From assembly GCF_026210795.1 (NCBI RefSeq), contig NC_089431.1, positions 1 through 64,000 on the forward strand: a stretch of DNA of 64,000 nucleotides. Reading direction: 5' to 3'. Positions 24,723 to 37,634 of the stretch are shown in pieces. The stretch is from Rhizophagus irregularis (taxonomy: Eukaryota). Under the pieces are notes generated by a model. It made no database searches, was not told where the DNA came from, and saw only the letters and a list, made by a program, of their open reading frames with translations. Both the position numbers and the translations under genes were made by a program. The stretch's first letter is position 1; the number at the start of each line of letters is the position of its first letter.

Positions 24723-26168
24723 AGGATCCCGAAAAATACATATAAAAGTCAGAGATGATCGGCAAAATTTTGCCTTAAAATAAGCAAATATTTTTACTAA
24801 GATCAATATGTAAAGTTGACTTCTGACTTTATAATTTATATTAGAATAAGCAAATTTTTTTTATGATATTTGTATATTAAAAAAATGAAATCATGGCTTT
24901 TTTTTAATTTAATTAGTTGTATTTAAAATATACTTCCAGTATAATTGATTTGTAATTGCTAGCATAATGCCAAATTGCATAAATTAATTTGTACTGACGT
25001 ATTTATTTATACTACTATATTTAATTATTTGATAATTCAAGTATTAACACTAAAACAAAAGATTGTTAATTATTTTTTTATAAATTATAATAAAAACTTA
25101 GAATATTGATAACATTTTAAAGTTAAAGAAAAGTCAATATAATTTATAAAATCATTTCTAAAAGAAAATCCTATTTCTAAAGAAAAAAAATATTAATACT
25201 ACTTTCACATATAAAACAAAAAAAATTTTACCCTATTCTCAACTTACTAAAAATTTCAGTTTAGTTTTAATCTAAAAACCATTTCTAATAGAAAAAACAA
25301 TAGAAATGTTAATAATACTTCTAAAATAAACAAAATAAAGCTAAAAAATTCTTTACTTACAGTAAGCATTGGAGTTCCAATCTGAATTCCAAGTTCCTAA
25401 GAAAAAAGTAAAAGGAATATTAGTATGGTAATATTCCCAAAAAAATTGACTATTCTTTTCTCTTAACTCATATTTTTCCAAGATATTGGTATCTAAAATA
25501 ATAAATTTTAGATTTAAGAAGTTGCTTTTAAAGAAAAATAATAAAAAGGAATATTAATAACATTCTAAACCAAATATTTTTTATTTAATAAAATGGCCTG
25601 TTGTTAAAAAAATATAACAGTAAAGGCCAAAAAAAAATTTTTATTGAATAAAACGGTTTGTTACAGACCAAAAAAAAATTATTTTATTTTTTTCTTTTAA
25701 TAAAACAGTCTGTTAAAAGTCAAAAAATTAAAAAAAAAATTATTTATTATCAATCAGATTAGCCGTCAATTACGTATTTTCAAAAATTTATGTATTATAC
25801 TATGCGTAATGCTGTTTATTAGGGAATTCCAAGGCATTATGCTGCTAATTAGTAGAAAATTGCCGGAATTCCAAGGCGTTATGCTGCTAATTAGTAGAAA
25901 ATCGCTGGAATTCCAAGGCGTTATGCTGCTAATTAGTAGAAGACTGCTGGAATTATATATATATATATATTTTATTAAAAAATACCATTGACTACGCAAA
26001 TTAAAATATACAACATATATAAAAATGATTGTTATTACGCAAACTATATATATAACCTTTTAAAAAATCTCAAAATCTATGCAAATGAAATTTTATGACT
26101 TTTGGAAATTTTACTAATATGGTTAAGCAAACTTACATATGACCTTTATATGTATTTTTCGGGGTCCT
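24723..26168. mobile_element. Longer member of the AGGA(C/T)CCCGAAAAATACATA family, 8-bp TSD
   Basis: TIR AGGATCCCGAAAAATACATATAAAAGTCA / TGACCTTTATATGTATTTTTCGGGGTCCT; TSD AGTTTTCA. An empty-site paralogue is visible at ~45340-45365. Confidence 0.92.
25805..25953. repeat. ~42-bp tandem repeat, about 3.5 copies
   Basis: GGAATTCCAAGGC(G/A)TTATGCTGCTAATTAGTAGAA.. repeated. Confidence 0.85.
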
Positions 26169-27229
26169 AGTTTTCAGTTCAGTTCAGTTTTTTTTAATAA
26201 GCCGATCCTAATCCGAACCGGGAACCAAATGGAGCTGATCATATTTTTATATAAAAAAAAATTTTTTTTTTTTTATACTTATTTATTTTTAATACTTTCG
26301 TTCCTCCCCATGCGGACTTTAAAAATAAGTTTCAGAAGGTTTCTTTTGAGCAGGGATATTTCTAATGCTTTTTTTAATAAATTTAAATATTTTTATTCTA
26401 GAAAACCGTTTAAACAGTTTTGCCTTAATCTTTGAAGTAGATTTCTTTTTGCGAAGGTTTGTTTTTGTTCTTTAGTTTTTTTTTTCTTTTTATTAATTTT
26501 ATTTTTAATATTTTATGTTCTTTAAAGATAATTTGACGAGGGTTTTATTCTAAAAAACAGTTCACTTCTCTTCACAGATCTTTGGAATAAGTTTCAGTTC
26601 TTTTATTATTTTTCATTTTTAATATTAGAAAAAAGTTCTTCCATTCGGATTTTGAAGGTAAAATTTGGCGGTTTCTTTTAAATAGAGGTTATCCAGATCT
26701 TTTTTTTTTCATGGCTAATCTTTGTAGAGGCATACGTATTTATTCTTATTTTATTTTTAATATTTTTATTCTATTAAAAAGTTCATCTATCTCCAATATT
26801 TAAAGGAAAAATCGGAATCTGTACAAAAAAAATAATGAATTCTGAAACCTTGCAGAAAAAAAATCATAAAAGTATAAAAAAAGAACGAGTATTAAAAAAG
26901 TTTGGGAAAAAAACGCAGAATAAAAATTGAACTTTAAAGGTAAATTTGGCAGATTTCTTTGAGTGGGTTTATCTAGTTATTCTTATATTTTTAATATTTT
27001 TTATTTTAAGAAATAGCCATTCAGACTTTGATTTAGCAGGGAGTTTTTTTTTTAATTTTTTTTAATTTTTAATAATTTATTCAAGTGAAGTAGCAATTCA
27101 ACGTAAGTGCACAAATTCTGCTGAATAACAACTTTGAAAAAGCTCGTCAAAAGGGCACTTTCAGAATCTGTATTAGCAAATATTTCCTAAGGTAATATAA
27201 CGTTGAAGTTGGACTCTAGGTGAGACAAG

Positions 27230-27907
27230 AACGCGACAAGTGGCAGCTGGTCAGAGACCTAACAGATAAAGAAATGAAGGAAGCAAGGGGGAGTGAATAG
27301 GATGTCACAAAAAAACTCTAACAAGATACATTACAATTTTCATCAAAATCATTAAAATAACGAAAAACTGGAAGATCATAGTGTAATTTATCGATTTACA
27401 AAGTATGAAAACAGCAGTGAAAGCTTCAATGAAGGATGATAGTGCAGAAGGTGCAGAATTTCAAGACAATATACAGAAACGGAAAAGAAACAGAGAAAGA
27501 AAGGGAAAAGATGAAAGGGCCTGCTACGATACCATCAGCGCAAATATTTCTACACCGCAGACACCTCCTGATAGAATATACATGGAGTTAGAAAAAATGG
27601 CAGCCAGTAAATATTAAAACCGTACCCTAATAACCGAGGAGATAATAGTGGACATGATCAAGAAATGGCGAGTAGAAAATGATATGGACTCAGATTCGGC
27701 GAATGGGGAAATAGCAGCAAAGAAAGTAGATATTTCATCCAACAAACCTCTGAAACGGGATAACATTGCGCCAGAAACAGTCATTGAGGCCATAAAGGAG
27801 TATCGCGTAAACGAAAAGATAAAGTACGATCGATACGAAGAACCCGAGGATGTTTCTGATGTAATAGTATATAGGTAAAGAAAATTAAGAAAAAGTTAAA
27901 GGAGCTG
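27230..27907 (+). pseudogene. Decayed hypothetical gene split by the CMC element; continues at 37534-37620
   Basis: ORF pieces 27405-27617 and 27648-27878; joining across the element reads KKLKEL|GKIFTSTSNEMEWEAIRVEALSPF. Confidence 0.5.
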
Positions 27908-27939
27908 CATCAGGAAATTTTATAGCGCGAAAAATTGCG

Positions 27940-28530
27940 TAAGTTTACGATTTTGTAAGTTTATGAAAGTTTATGGCATAATATTTCGAAAAATTTCAAA
28001 ATATTACGTAAGTTTACAATTTCGTAAGATTTATGTGATATTACGGTTAAAATATTACGTAAGTTTACAATATCGTAAGATTTACGCAATATTACGGTCA
28101 AAATATTCTGCAAATTTACGAAACTGTAAACCTGCGTAATATTACGGTTGAAATATTTCGAAAATTTACGAAACTGTAAACCTGCGTAATATTACGGTTG
28201 AAATATTTCGAAAATTTACGAAACTGTAAACCTGCGTAATATTACGGTTAAAATATTTCGAAAATTTACGAGACTGTAAACCTGCGTAATATTACGGTTA
28301 AAATATTTCGAAAATTTACGAAACTGTAAACCTGCGTAATATTACGGTTGAAATATTTCGAAAATTTACGAGACTGTAAACCTGCGTAATATTACGGTTA
28401 AAATATTTCGAAAATTTACGAAACTGTAAACCTGCGTAATATTACGGTTGAAATATTTCAAAAATTTACGAGACTGTAAACCTGCGTAATATTCCGTTTC
28501 GAAAATTTACGAGATTGTAAACTGCGTATG
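27940..28530. repeat. Left subterminal repeats, including about 8 near-perfect 50-bp tandem units
   Basis: GAAAATTTACGA(A/G)ACTGTAAACCTGCGTAATATTACGGTT(G/A)AAATATTTC repeated from ~28110 to 28520. Confidence 0.92.
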
Positions 28531-28893
28531 CAGTAGAACGTATACAAGGGGCATGTGATACTATTGAATAATCAAAAATAATATAAACACCTTTTCTTTT
28601 ATATAAACACCTTTTTTTTTAAGTTTGGGAAAGCAAATTTATTTTTATTTACGAATTTTTTATTATTTACAATTTTTATGTTAAAAATTAAAGTAAATTC
28701 TAATTTTTATTATAACTTAATAAAAAAATATACATTTGATACTTGTTCGCTACTATTTTATAAAATAGTACCCAGGCTGTACGGCGTGGACGTCAGTATC
28801 AGTCACAGCCCAAAAAAAACGTGAGTCTCCAGCCGATATTTGGTACGGACTGGGCCTAGCTACTCACTTAATAAATAAAAAAAATAAAAATAA

Positions 28894-29534
28894 TTATCTT
28901 CTACGATACGTAGGTAAGTTTCTCCTTCTCCTACGATCGTCACGCGTATCTAAAATTGATCAAATTTATCAAATTTAAAATGTGAACGTAAAATAGAATG
29001 TAATATTAATTATAAAATTTTATTATAGTATAATTACCCGGCCTCTCCCAAAATCTCGTTCTAAATTCGCGATAATATCTTTGGCCGGTACGCGTCCACA
29101 GCCACCGCCCAGGCCGATCAGGGGTACCATTACGATAAAGGACATAGTTCTAAATATCAAAATCAGTTTGAATATTCGGTAAATACATTTAATTTAAATG
29201 AATGTAATTTTATTTATTTACTTACATGGTAATCCCTGACGAGGTTCCTCCACTTTTGGCTGCACTGTTGCCCGGAAACCCTCGTTCGAAATATTCTATT
29301 TATTCTGATTCAATTAAATGGATTGGTTAATTTGAATTTAAATTCTTTCTTAAAGAAAATTATAGATATTAGTCATATGAACCTATTGGCAACAGAGTCC
29401 CAAAAATCATGGCGGCTTCTACCATTAATATTATGGTAGGCGCGGTTTCTGTCGCGGCGTATGTCGACAAGTTCATCCATCATAGCCCAGTTCCAATGGA
29501 CGTTATAGGAACGACGACGTGTTTGGCGAGGCAT
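28894..29534 (-). CDS. Myb/SANT-like (trihelix/MADF-type) DNA-binding protein, 4 exons, intact
   Basis: Exons 29534-29383, 29304-29226, 29149-29038, 28949-28894 (GT-AG, in frame): VHWNWAMMDELVDIRR..FWDSVANRINRIFRTRVSGQQCSQKWRNLVRDY. Confidence 0.85.
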
Positions 29535-30039
29535 TATTAGATTTGATTTTATTTTTATAATTTGATTTTGGGATGAGTAAAAATTTGAAAGAAAGTCGTA
29601 AAATGTCACTTTAAATAAAATTTGAACAATACCTCTTTGGTTTGATTTTATTTCTCGTTTCAATTAAAATTTAATTTATTAGACTTTTCATCATTAAACA
29701 TATTAATTAAATCTCATGCGGATATGGATTATCTAAATATAAATATCATGATTCTAAATATAGATATAAATCACTTAATTTATTTTAATTTTTTTTTAAA
29801 AAAAATCTTAGTTTGATTTCAATTAAAAATAATTAAAAATCATGTACATGTTTTGGTTATTTAAATATAAATATCAATATATTATATTTAAAAATAAAAC
29901 AATTTATTATTAGCACATTCTATTGAATTTTAAAAAAAAAATCATCAATATATCATATTTAAAAATAAAACAATTATATTCTGATTAAATATTTTGCGTA
30001 CATTTCTTAAAAAAATCATAAAAAAAATCTTGTACGTCG

Positions 30040-30234
30040 TACATGCAATTACTAAATATCATCCCCTTGTGATAAATAAAAAATTACGCAACACAAATTC
30101 AACACAAACTCAACACAAATTTAACAAATTTAACGAAATTTGGCCAAAATTAACAAATTTTTTACCAGAATTATCAACACAAATTGAACACAAATTTCAG
30201 TCACGATTTATTTATGTCACGCCCGTGTTGTTAA
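30040..30234 (+). repeat. Internal long inverted repeat, left copy (partner 35974-36165)
   Basis: ~190 bp with AACACAAATT subrepeats, ending GTCACGCCCGTGTTGTTAA. Confidence 0.9.
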
Positions 30235-30343
30235 TAATTAAATAAATAAATCTGCATTTTATTTATGATATGGAAAACGTGACCATAAATTCTTTTAAGG
30301 ATATAATTTTATTAAAATAAATCAAAACTCCTATATCAAGTGA

Positions 30344-33323
30344 CTAAAAAATATATTTATTTACGAAATATTCATTTTGTTTATCAAATCGGGGTACTAT
30401 GTGAACGACACCATGTATAGACTCTATAGCTACAAAGTTATATAATTCTATCAATTTTAAGTGAGGACATCCATATAAATATGGGTTCCTTTTAGATTTA
30501 AAATCGTACCATTGAATTAATGCGAGATTTAGCGGTGGGTCTGTTAATACTTCTGCTAACAATAAGGCCTATAAATAATAAATATTTATTAATACTTTTA
30601 TAATAAATTATTACATAAATTGGAAAAATACCTGTCCATAACAAAGTCCTTTGTCTGATATATAATCATTTGATTCTTCAGAATCCATTGAAATAGCTAT
30701 GTCGCTAAACCATACTTTATTATGATACCTGTTTGTGGCACGCATTATGGCACCATTTTCCAGTGTTACCGATCCGTATATGTTTATTCGGGTTTCACCA
30801 ATAATTGTGAAACCATCAAGTAAATCTAGATATGAATCCAGACAACTTATAAATCTAGCAAAACCAGTCTGCATTTTATTGTCTACGGAATCTTTTTTTT
30901 CATTAAAAAATGTATTTGCATCTTGTAAAGAGAATTCAAAGAGTCTTGCAGAAAATTTACAAGTGCGAGGTGTTTTTGCCGGATTCACTGAATGTTGAGA
31001 CATTCTAATAGATATTGCTTGACGTTTTATCTATTAATTTAATTTCCATCTTAAGTTATATAATAAATATATACAATAAATAAAATTTTCAAATACTTAC
31101 AGTTCGTAAAATCTGAGGTTCGACATCTTTTTTATTGCTAATTCGGTAGGGTATTTTAACGAAATATTTGTGAAGACTTTCGTAAGTTTCTGTAGTATAG
31201 CCATTTATTGCGCCATAAGATCGTATTGAGTCAATAATATGATAAACCCATGAATGCAATTTAGGTAACTTCAAATTGGAAGGAGAAACAAATTTAAAAG
31301 CCTTGACAAACATCCGGGCCCATCTATGTATTGCATTCTAAAACTTAAATGTTAATTTAATTTATTTAATTTAAATTTTCAATTTTACTAAAATTTTAAT
31401 ACATACATTAAATTTCTCCAAGTCACTTTCACTAAATTCTTCATATCTACTTAAAATATACATTTCATTCCAATATTCGTACAATTTCGTAAGATCATCA
31501 TTATTTACAAAATTATCTACTTCATTGTTATTTTCATCATATAAATTATCAATAACAAATATCATGACTTTCATCAAACTTCGATATTCATTAGCAGTTA
31601 ATCTTGCAATTGACTGCAGTCCATTGGAAAAAATTTTAATGGCGGGAAAACGTGGGATTGCTGCTAGACAGCGATCTACTTCTTCAACTAATTTATTACC
31701 ATTAACATGTTGCAATTTTAAGATATCGCACGTGAAGATAATTTGATAACGAAATAAACCTAAATCTAAATGATGCATTCTGTCAGGAACAGTAGCCAAG
31801 TAGATATTTATATTCCTTGATAATATAAATATTTATAATTAATTATATATGTTATTATAATTATTTCTACTTTTGCATACTTACGGTAAATCCCAAAAAA
31901 AATTATGTACAGATTCTATGCAAACAGATCTTTGTGTATCATTTTCAAAATGTTTACGCATTTCATCATGAGTTCTTAGTATTACATCGTTAACCGATAA
32001 GTCTATATTTGCAAGATTTTCCCTTTTAACTAAACAGGAGTGACATGGAAGGTTTGAATTGGAGGATTTATAAACTAAACAAAAACTTGCGGCCTCCGGC
32101 CAATCTGCAATAATAGTTGAAACTCTAGGATAAAACCAGGTATTTTCATTATTTATAAAAAGGTCTATACCATCTTTTAATAAAATAATAGGTTCTAGTA
32201 AATGACGTAAAGATTTATGAAAGGTATCACGAACCAGATCTTTATTTGCAGCTTCTAAAATTGGTAAATATCCCAAAAGTTGCTTTGCATCCTGTTTATT
32301 ACGACGCCATATTGGGATATTACCTAATGTAATATATATTGGATGCAATTGACTTTTTCCTAATGTATCTGTAGTTGTTGCATCTGAATATAAAATAATT
32401 GATAATAATTTGGAACCAGTAGGTAAGGATTCTTGCGTAGTTTTCCACCATTTTCCAGTGTTTTGTTCACTGTAAATACTTTCTCTATTATACTATAAAA
32501 TAATATAAATAAATTAAAATAAATATTATTTAAATTATTGAATTAACTAATATTTACTATTTACCTCATAGTTTTCGTAAGATAGCGCAAAATTTTGTGT
32601 TATGTCAGGAACAGTTAAGATATTTTTGATGCACTGTATTAAGTTTTGATAATAAAGAAAATAATCTTTATCTTTATGTTTTGTTATAAGAACTTTACTA
32701 AATTCTAAATTAGAAAACTTCATATTATTCATAAATGCTCGTCCCTGTTCGATATTTTTTGGTAATGGTGATTCTGTAAGATTTGAATGTTTATTAAAAA
32801 AACGTATTATTTCATTACCACCTTTATTGTTTATTTTATATTTCGTTACTAATAACATTAGATCTTTATAAGCATCATTAGGAAATTCTGTGCAAGTTTT
32901 GGTATTGAGATTTTTGGGTTCTTCAAAAATTTCAGGCTCTTCAGATGAATCTAATATATTTTCAAAGTTACTATCTTCAAGGCTCATCTCTGATATTGCA
33001 CTTCCAATACTGTCAAATGACATATTTTGTACATTATTATCATCATCCACCTAAAATTATAAACCAAAATGAGTTAGTATAATTTGAGCTTTTTCTTTAA
33101 AAAGAATAATCTGGAATAACATAATTACCTCAACTTTATCATTTTCATATTCACTACTTAGATTACTTCTTGTATCCATTTCACTGCTATATTTTTCACT
33201 ATCATTATTATCATCATCATCTTCTACTTCTACTTCTACATTTTTTAAGCATTTTTGGGCGTGTTGAGTATATGCAAAGCGTTGACTGAATATTCGCATA
33301 CAAAGGGGGCATTTGAAACTCAT
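30344..33323 (-). CDS. Plavaka-family transposase with N-terminal C2H2-like finger, about 7 exons
   Basis: CPLC..YTQHAQKC; EQNTGKWW..IILYSDATT..HPIYITLGNIP; IIADWPEA..C..PCHSC; DRMHHLDLGLF; PKLH..TTETYESLHK. Exon ORFs are open and bounded by GT-AG. Confidence 0.9.
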
Positions 33324-34349
33324 GTTACTAAATTAACGCGTCAAATTTGATGAAAAGTATCAATTCACTATTTAATTTATATGAGATTATGTGTGCTAAT
33401 AAAATTATATTGCAAATTCATTGTAAAAATTTAATGAATTAATTGAATGGATTACAATTGATTGAGTTATTTGAATAGACACGACTACGCAAATTTACGC
33501 ATTAATGAATGGAACTGGCTGTAAGAATCTGGTGGCTAATATCGCGGAATCATTCGCAATTTTACGCATTATAGCAAAATTTAAAATATGCGAAACACTC
33601 AGCAATTTTGCTGTCGGGAACTTGCCGAGTTCGTGGGTTGGCAAATCTAAAAATAAATGTAACAAGTCTATGATGTACCATATAAATATTGTTTATTATT
33701 TTATTTACTATTTCAATTTGCCGGCAACCTGCCAAGTGAATCTGACAGCAAAAGTGCTGAGTGTTTCGCATATTTTGAATTTGCTGTAACGGGCTGTAAG
33801 AATTCGGATGGCTTATTCAATCGGCTAATCATCTGATAATCAGCCGCAAATTTATTGGCTTAACACGGCAAATCACTTTTACAATAATGGACGGATGATC
33901 AGCCACAAATTTTATGCGATAATCAGGTTATAAGCGCTCAAGATCACTATCAATCTGATCAGCCAAATGAGTTCACTGGCTGCAACTTTTTTTTTCCATG
34001 CATAAAAGCCCCAACATGTGTAACATGTTATTTTTTTATAAATTGGATTTGATTAATATTTCGATTGTACTATGTGCTTTTACGAGAGTTTTTTTTTAAA
34101 GTTCTCTTATGAAAGTGTTACAATATTTTTTCGTAATATCACGATGCAAAATTTTTGCATTAGTACATTCATTTTTCGTAATATTTCGCATTAGTTCATC
34201 CATTTTTCGCAATATTTCGCAAGTTTTTTTTCTTTTTTAGTATAGAATGGCGGAAATTACCTTATGACAGCTTGCCTCCTTTTTCTGAATTTCTGATTCA
34301 TGTATTTCCCCCTTTTTCCTCATCCTTTTCGAATTTTCTAGTTCACCTT

Positions 34350-34442
34350 TTTCTCATATATTTCCTTTTTTTCTCATATATTTCCTCTTTTTTCTCATAT
34401 ATTTCCTCTTTTTTCTCATATATTTCCTCCTTTTTCTCATAT
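34350..34442. repeat. 21-bp tandem repeat, about 4 copies, upstream of the 34467 gene
   Basis: TTTTTCTCATATATTTCCTCT repeated. Confidence 0.85.
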
Positions 34443-34466
34443 TTTCGTTTCAAATTTATTATCATA

Positions 34467-35887
34467 ATGGCTACAAAGCGTGGCGAGAAACGAAGAATTG
34501 ACGATAATGAAAGATTTTCAAAACGTAGTACTGAGGGTAGCGAAGCTGAGAAGCGAGTGAGAATATCCGATGATAGTGTTGATGGTATATATGACATAAT
34601 ATGTATCATATTCTTTATAAAAGAAATTATATAATATATAGTTAAATTATATTTTATTGTTAAAGTTAATAAAAAAACAATAGAAAAACTATTAAGAACC
34701 AATTCGCAGATAATTTCTAAGCTTGAAGTTCTTATCACCGGACAAAAAAATCTCGAAACCCGTCTCTCGAGCATAGAAAAAAAGCTCAACGATAATAACA
34801 AAAATAATAATAATACAATAGATCCGGAGTATGTAAAGGTAATAAAGATGAATATTATTTAATGTAAACCTGAAATGCTAACCTCGTTTGATTAGGAGCT
34901 CGTTAAGAAGGTGCCGAAAATTTTATTTGAAAATTTTGTTTATCCTTCGCAAGACGAAAGTACAAACTCGCTACCGAAAAATATTTAAAAGACGAAAATC
35001 CGGAATTTATGCGCCAGTTCAAAAAAAATCAATGGATTATTTTTTTCGAAAAAAAAAATTGCCCCGACTGTAAGTTAAAGCAATTATGAATTTTATTAAA
35101 TTTCATACTAACATTTTTTTTTAATAGTTAGTACAACAACATAGAAGCATACGAGGGACGTTCACGTCTAGAGTTAAAGACGTTATGTATTCTGTTTTTG
35201 AAGCGACTGGGCATAAATTACCGTCTATTAACACTCAGGCTAGTCCGTCAAAGATTCAGGAATGGAAGAGTAAGGCGGAGGTGAAAAGATGTTACAACAA
35301 CCTATTTAAAAAGGTTAAAGATGGGCAACCTACGACATATATGTCGCTGATAATTGATAAGTTGCGAAAAGAAAATAAAAATCCCTCAAAAACACAAATA
35401 GCGTATGCGATTAGCATATGCGAAACGTACTTAAATCCTAATAATCAAAACATTCAAATGAGCGAAAGTATAATGAAGTCGAAGATAATCAACAACTTAG
35501 TAAGTTTTTAATTTACAATTTGCAAAATGTGAATTATTTGAATTACAGTTTATTTATTTATTTATTGATTTTTAGCAAAAGTTGGAAAATAGGGATAAAT
35601 TTACACATTCGGACGATGATTCTCATGATGGTAATGATGTAGACGATGGTGGTGATAGAGCAGCTGACGATAGAGCAGGTGCGGCTGATGATGATGTGAC
35701 TAACGATGGTAGGCCTAACGATGGTGTGGCTAACGATGATGCGGCCAACGATGGTACGGCCAACGATGGTGCGGCCAATGATGGCATAGCTGACGATGAT
35801 ATACTTTCTATTGACTCTTATAACACGGAGGAGGAAGGTCGGTATGTAAATAGTTTATTAGAGAATTATGGGTTGCATAAAAAATAA
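34467..35887 (+). CDS. Second, divergently transcribed gene of the CMC element (coiled coil + unknown domain + acidic tail); possible frameshift near 34955
   Basis: MATKRGEKRR..|VNKKTIEKLL..LETRLSSIEKKL|ELVKK..|..YSVFEATGHKLPSIN..|..Asp-rich ANDG repeats; GT-AG introns lie between the ORF pieces. Confidence 0.65.
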
Positions 35888-35973
35888 ATATTATTTTTTA
35901 TATATATCACACGTAATAGCATTTTTTTTACCATAATTAATATAGTTTTAATAAATAAAATGGTTATTAATTC

Positions 35974-36165
35974 TTAACAACACGGGTGTGACATAAATAA
36001 ATCGTGGCTGAAATTTGTGTTCAATTTGTGTTCAATTTGTGTTGATAATTCTGGTAAAAATTTGTTAATTTTGGCCAAATTTCGTTAAATTTGTTAAATT
36101 TGTGTTGAATTTGTGTTGATAATTTTTAATTTATCACGAGGGGATAATATTTAGTAATTGTGCAT
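35974..36165 (-). repeat. Internal long inverted repeat, right copy
   Basis: Reverse complement of 30040-30234; starts TTAACAACACGGGTGTGAC. Confidence 0.9.
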
Positions 36166-37059
36166 ATACAATTTCTGTGATTTTTTAAAATGCGGATTTC
36201 CGTAATTTTACGATATCGTATTTTCTGGCCAATCAAATTAGGCTGATCCTTGCATGTGATTTAATCATTTAATCATTTAATCACGCACGCGTTTTTGTCT
36301 TATTTATTTTTGTTTCTTATTTCTTTATTCTTTTGTTCAATATTTTTAATTTTTTTGTCTCTTCTTTCTATTATTTCTTTAATTATATACAATATATTTA
36401 CATATATTTCATAATTTATTGCTTTGCAGGTATAGAAATATTTGTTTATTAATACTAATTATTTTCATTTTTTTTTACCTCTTTGTTATTTTGTATCGTA
36501 ATACTAACAATAATATCCATGTTTCCTTTATTCCTTTTTACTTGTACTGTAATACTAACGATACTAACAATACTAACAACATGTTTATTTTTTCCTTTCT
36601 CTTTATTTCTTTATTCTTTTGTTCAATTACTTTGCAGGTATAGAAATATTTATTTATTAATACTAATTATTTTAATATTAACGCGTTTTTTTTTTACCTC
36701 TTTGTTACTTTATGTCGTAATACTAACAATACTATCTACGTTTCCTTTATTTCTTTTTACTTGTACTTTAATACTAACGATAATATCCATGTTTCTTTTA
36801 CTCCTTTTACTGTTTCTTTAACTCTTTTTACCTTAATACTAACAATAATAACAATATTTCTTTTATCTTTATATCTAATACTAACGTTACTATAGCTGTT
36901 TCTCTTCTTTTTACGTCTAATAATATTGTTACTCTACTCTTTCTCTTTTTTACTTTTATGTATTCTGTATATATTAATAAATACTTGTAATTTTTTATGA
37001 TTATATCTAATAAAACATACATTATATAAACTTATAGTACAGAAAATGAAGTATTATTT

Positions 37060-37500
37060 ATTGAAATATTTTGAAATATTACGAAATATTAAGTTGTGTA
37101 AAATCACAGAATATTACGAATCGTCAAATTATGGAACATTACGCATCATAGAATTTCGAAATATTTTAAAAAGTTGCGAAGTATTACGCAGTAAAATTAC
37201 GGAATATTACGAATCGTAAAATTACGAAGCCTTGCATACAGTAATATTTCGAAATATTTTAAAAAGTTACAAAATATTACGCTTACGCAAACTTGCGGCG
37301 GGTCTGAAAACTTACGAAATATTATGTAAAATTACGAAATATTGCGAACCGCAAAATTACGGAATATTACAAATCGTAAAATTACGAAGCTTTGCATATC
37401 ATAATATTTCGAAATATTTTAAAAAGTTACGAAATATTACGCTTACGCAAACTTGCGGCGGGTCTGGAAGCTTACGAAATATTATGATGTGTAAACTTGC
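37060..37500. repeat. Right subterminal repeats of the CMC element
   Basis: AAATATTACG/AAATTACG motifs, inverted relative to 27940-28530, with a ~160-bp higher-order duplication. Confidence 0.85.
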
Positions 37501-37634
37501 GCAACTTTTCGCACTATATAATTTCCTGATGTGGGCAAGATCTTTACAAGTACCTCTAATGAAATGGAATGGGAAGCTATTAGAGTAGAAGCCTTAAGTC
37601 CCTTTACAGAAACCTTGAAAATTTGAGCAATGTT

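Larger units (their letters stand above)
24615..27100 (+). mobile_element. Left end of a TAAAGCT-terminus hAT-like element (right boundary uncertain)
   Basis: 24615-24722 joined to 26177-26240 aligns with 45247-45415; followed by T-rich intron-like sequence. Confidence 0.65.
27908..37531. mobile_element. Full-length CMC (CACTA/EnSpm-related) Plavaka-type DNA transposon, ~9.6 kb
   Basis: ~40-bp TIR CATCAGGAAATT(T/A)TATAG(C/T)GCGAAAA(A/G)TTGCG; 2-bp TSD TG; subterminal TTACG-rich repeats at both ends; internal Plavaka transposase. Confidence 0.88.

Noticed and set aside
28110..28520. 50-bp repeats as CRISPR or iterons
   Set aside because: Head-to-tail with no spacers and mirrored at the other end of the CMC element, so they are subterminal repeats.
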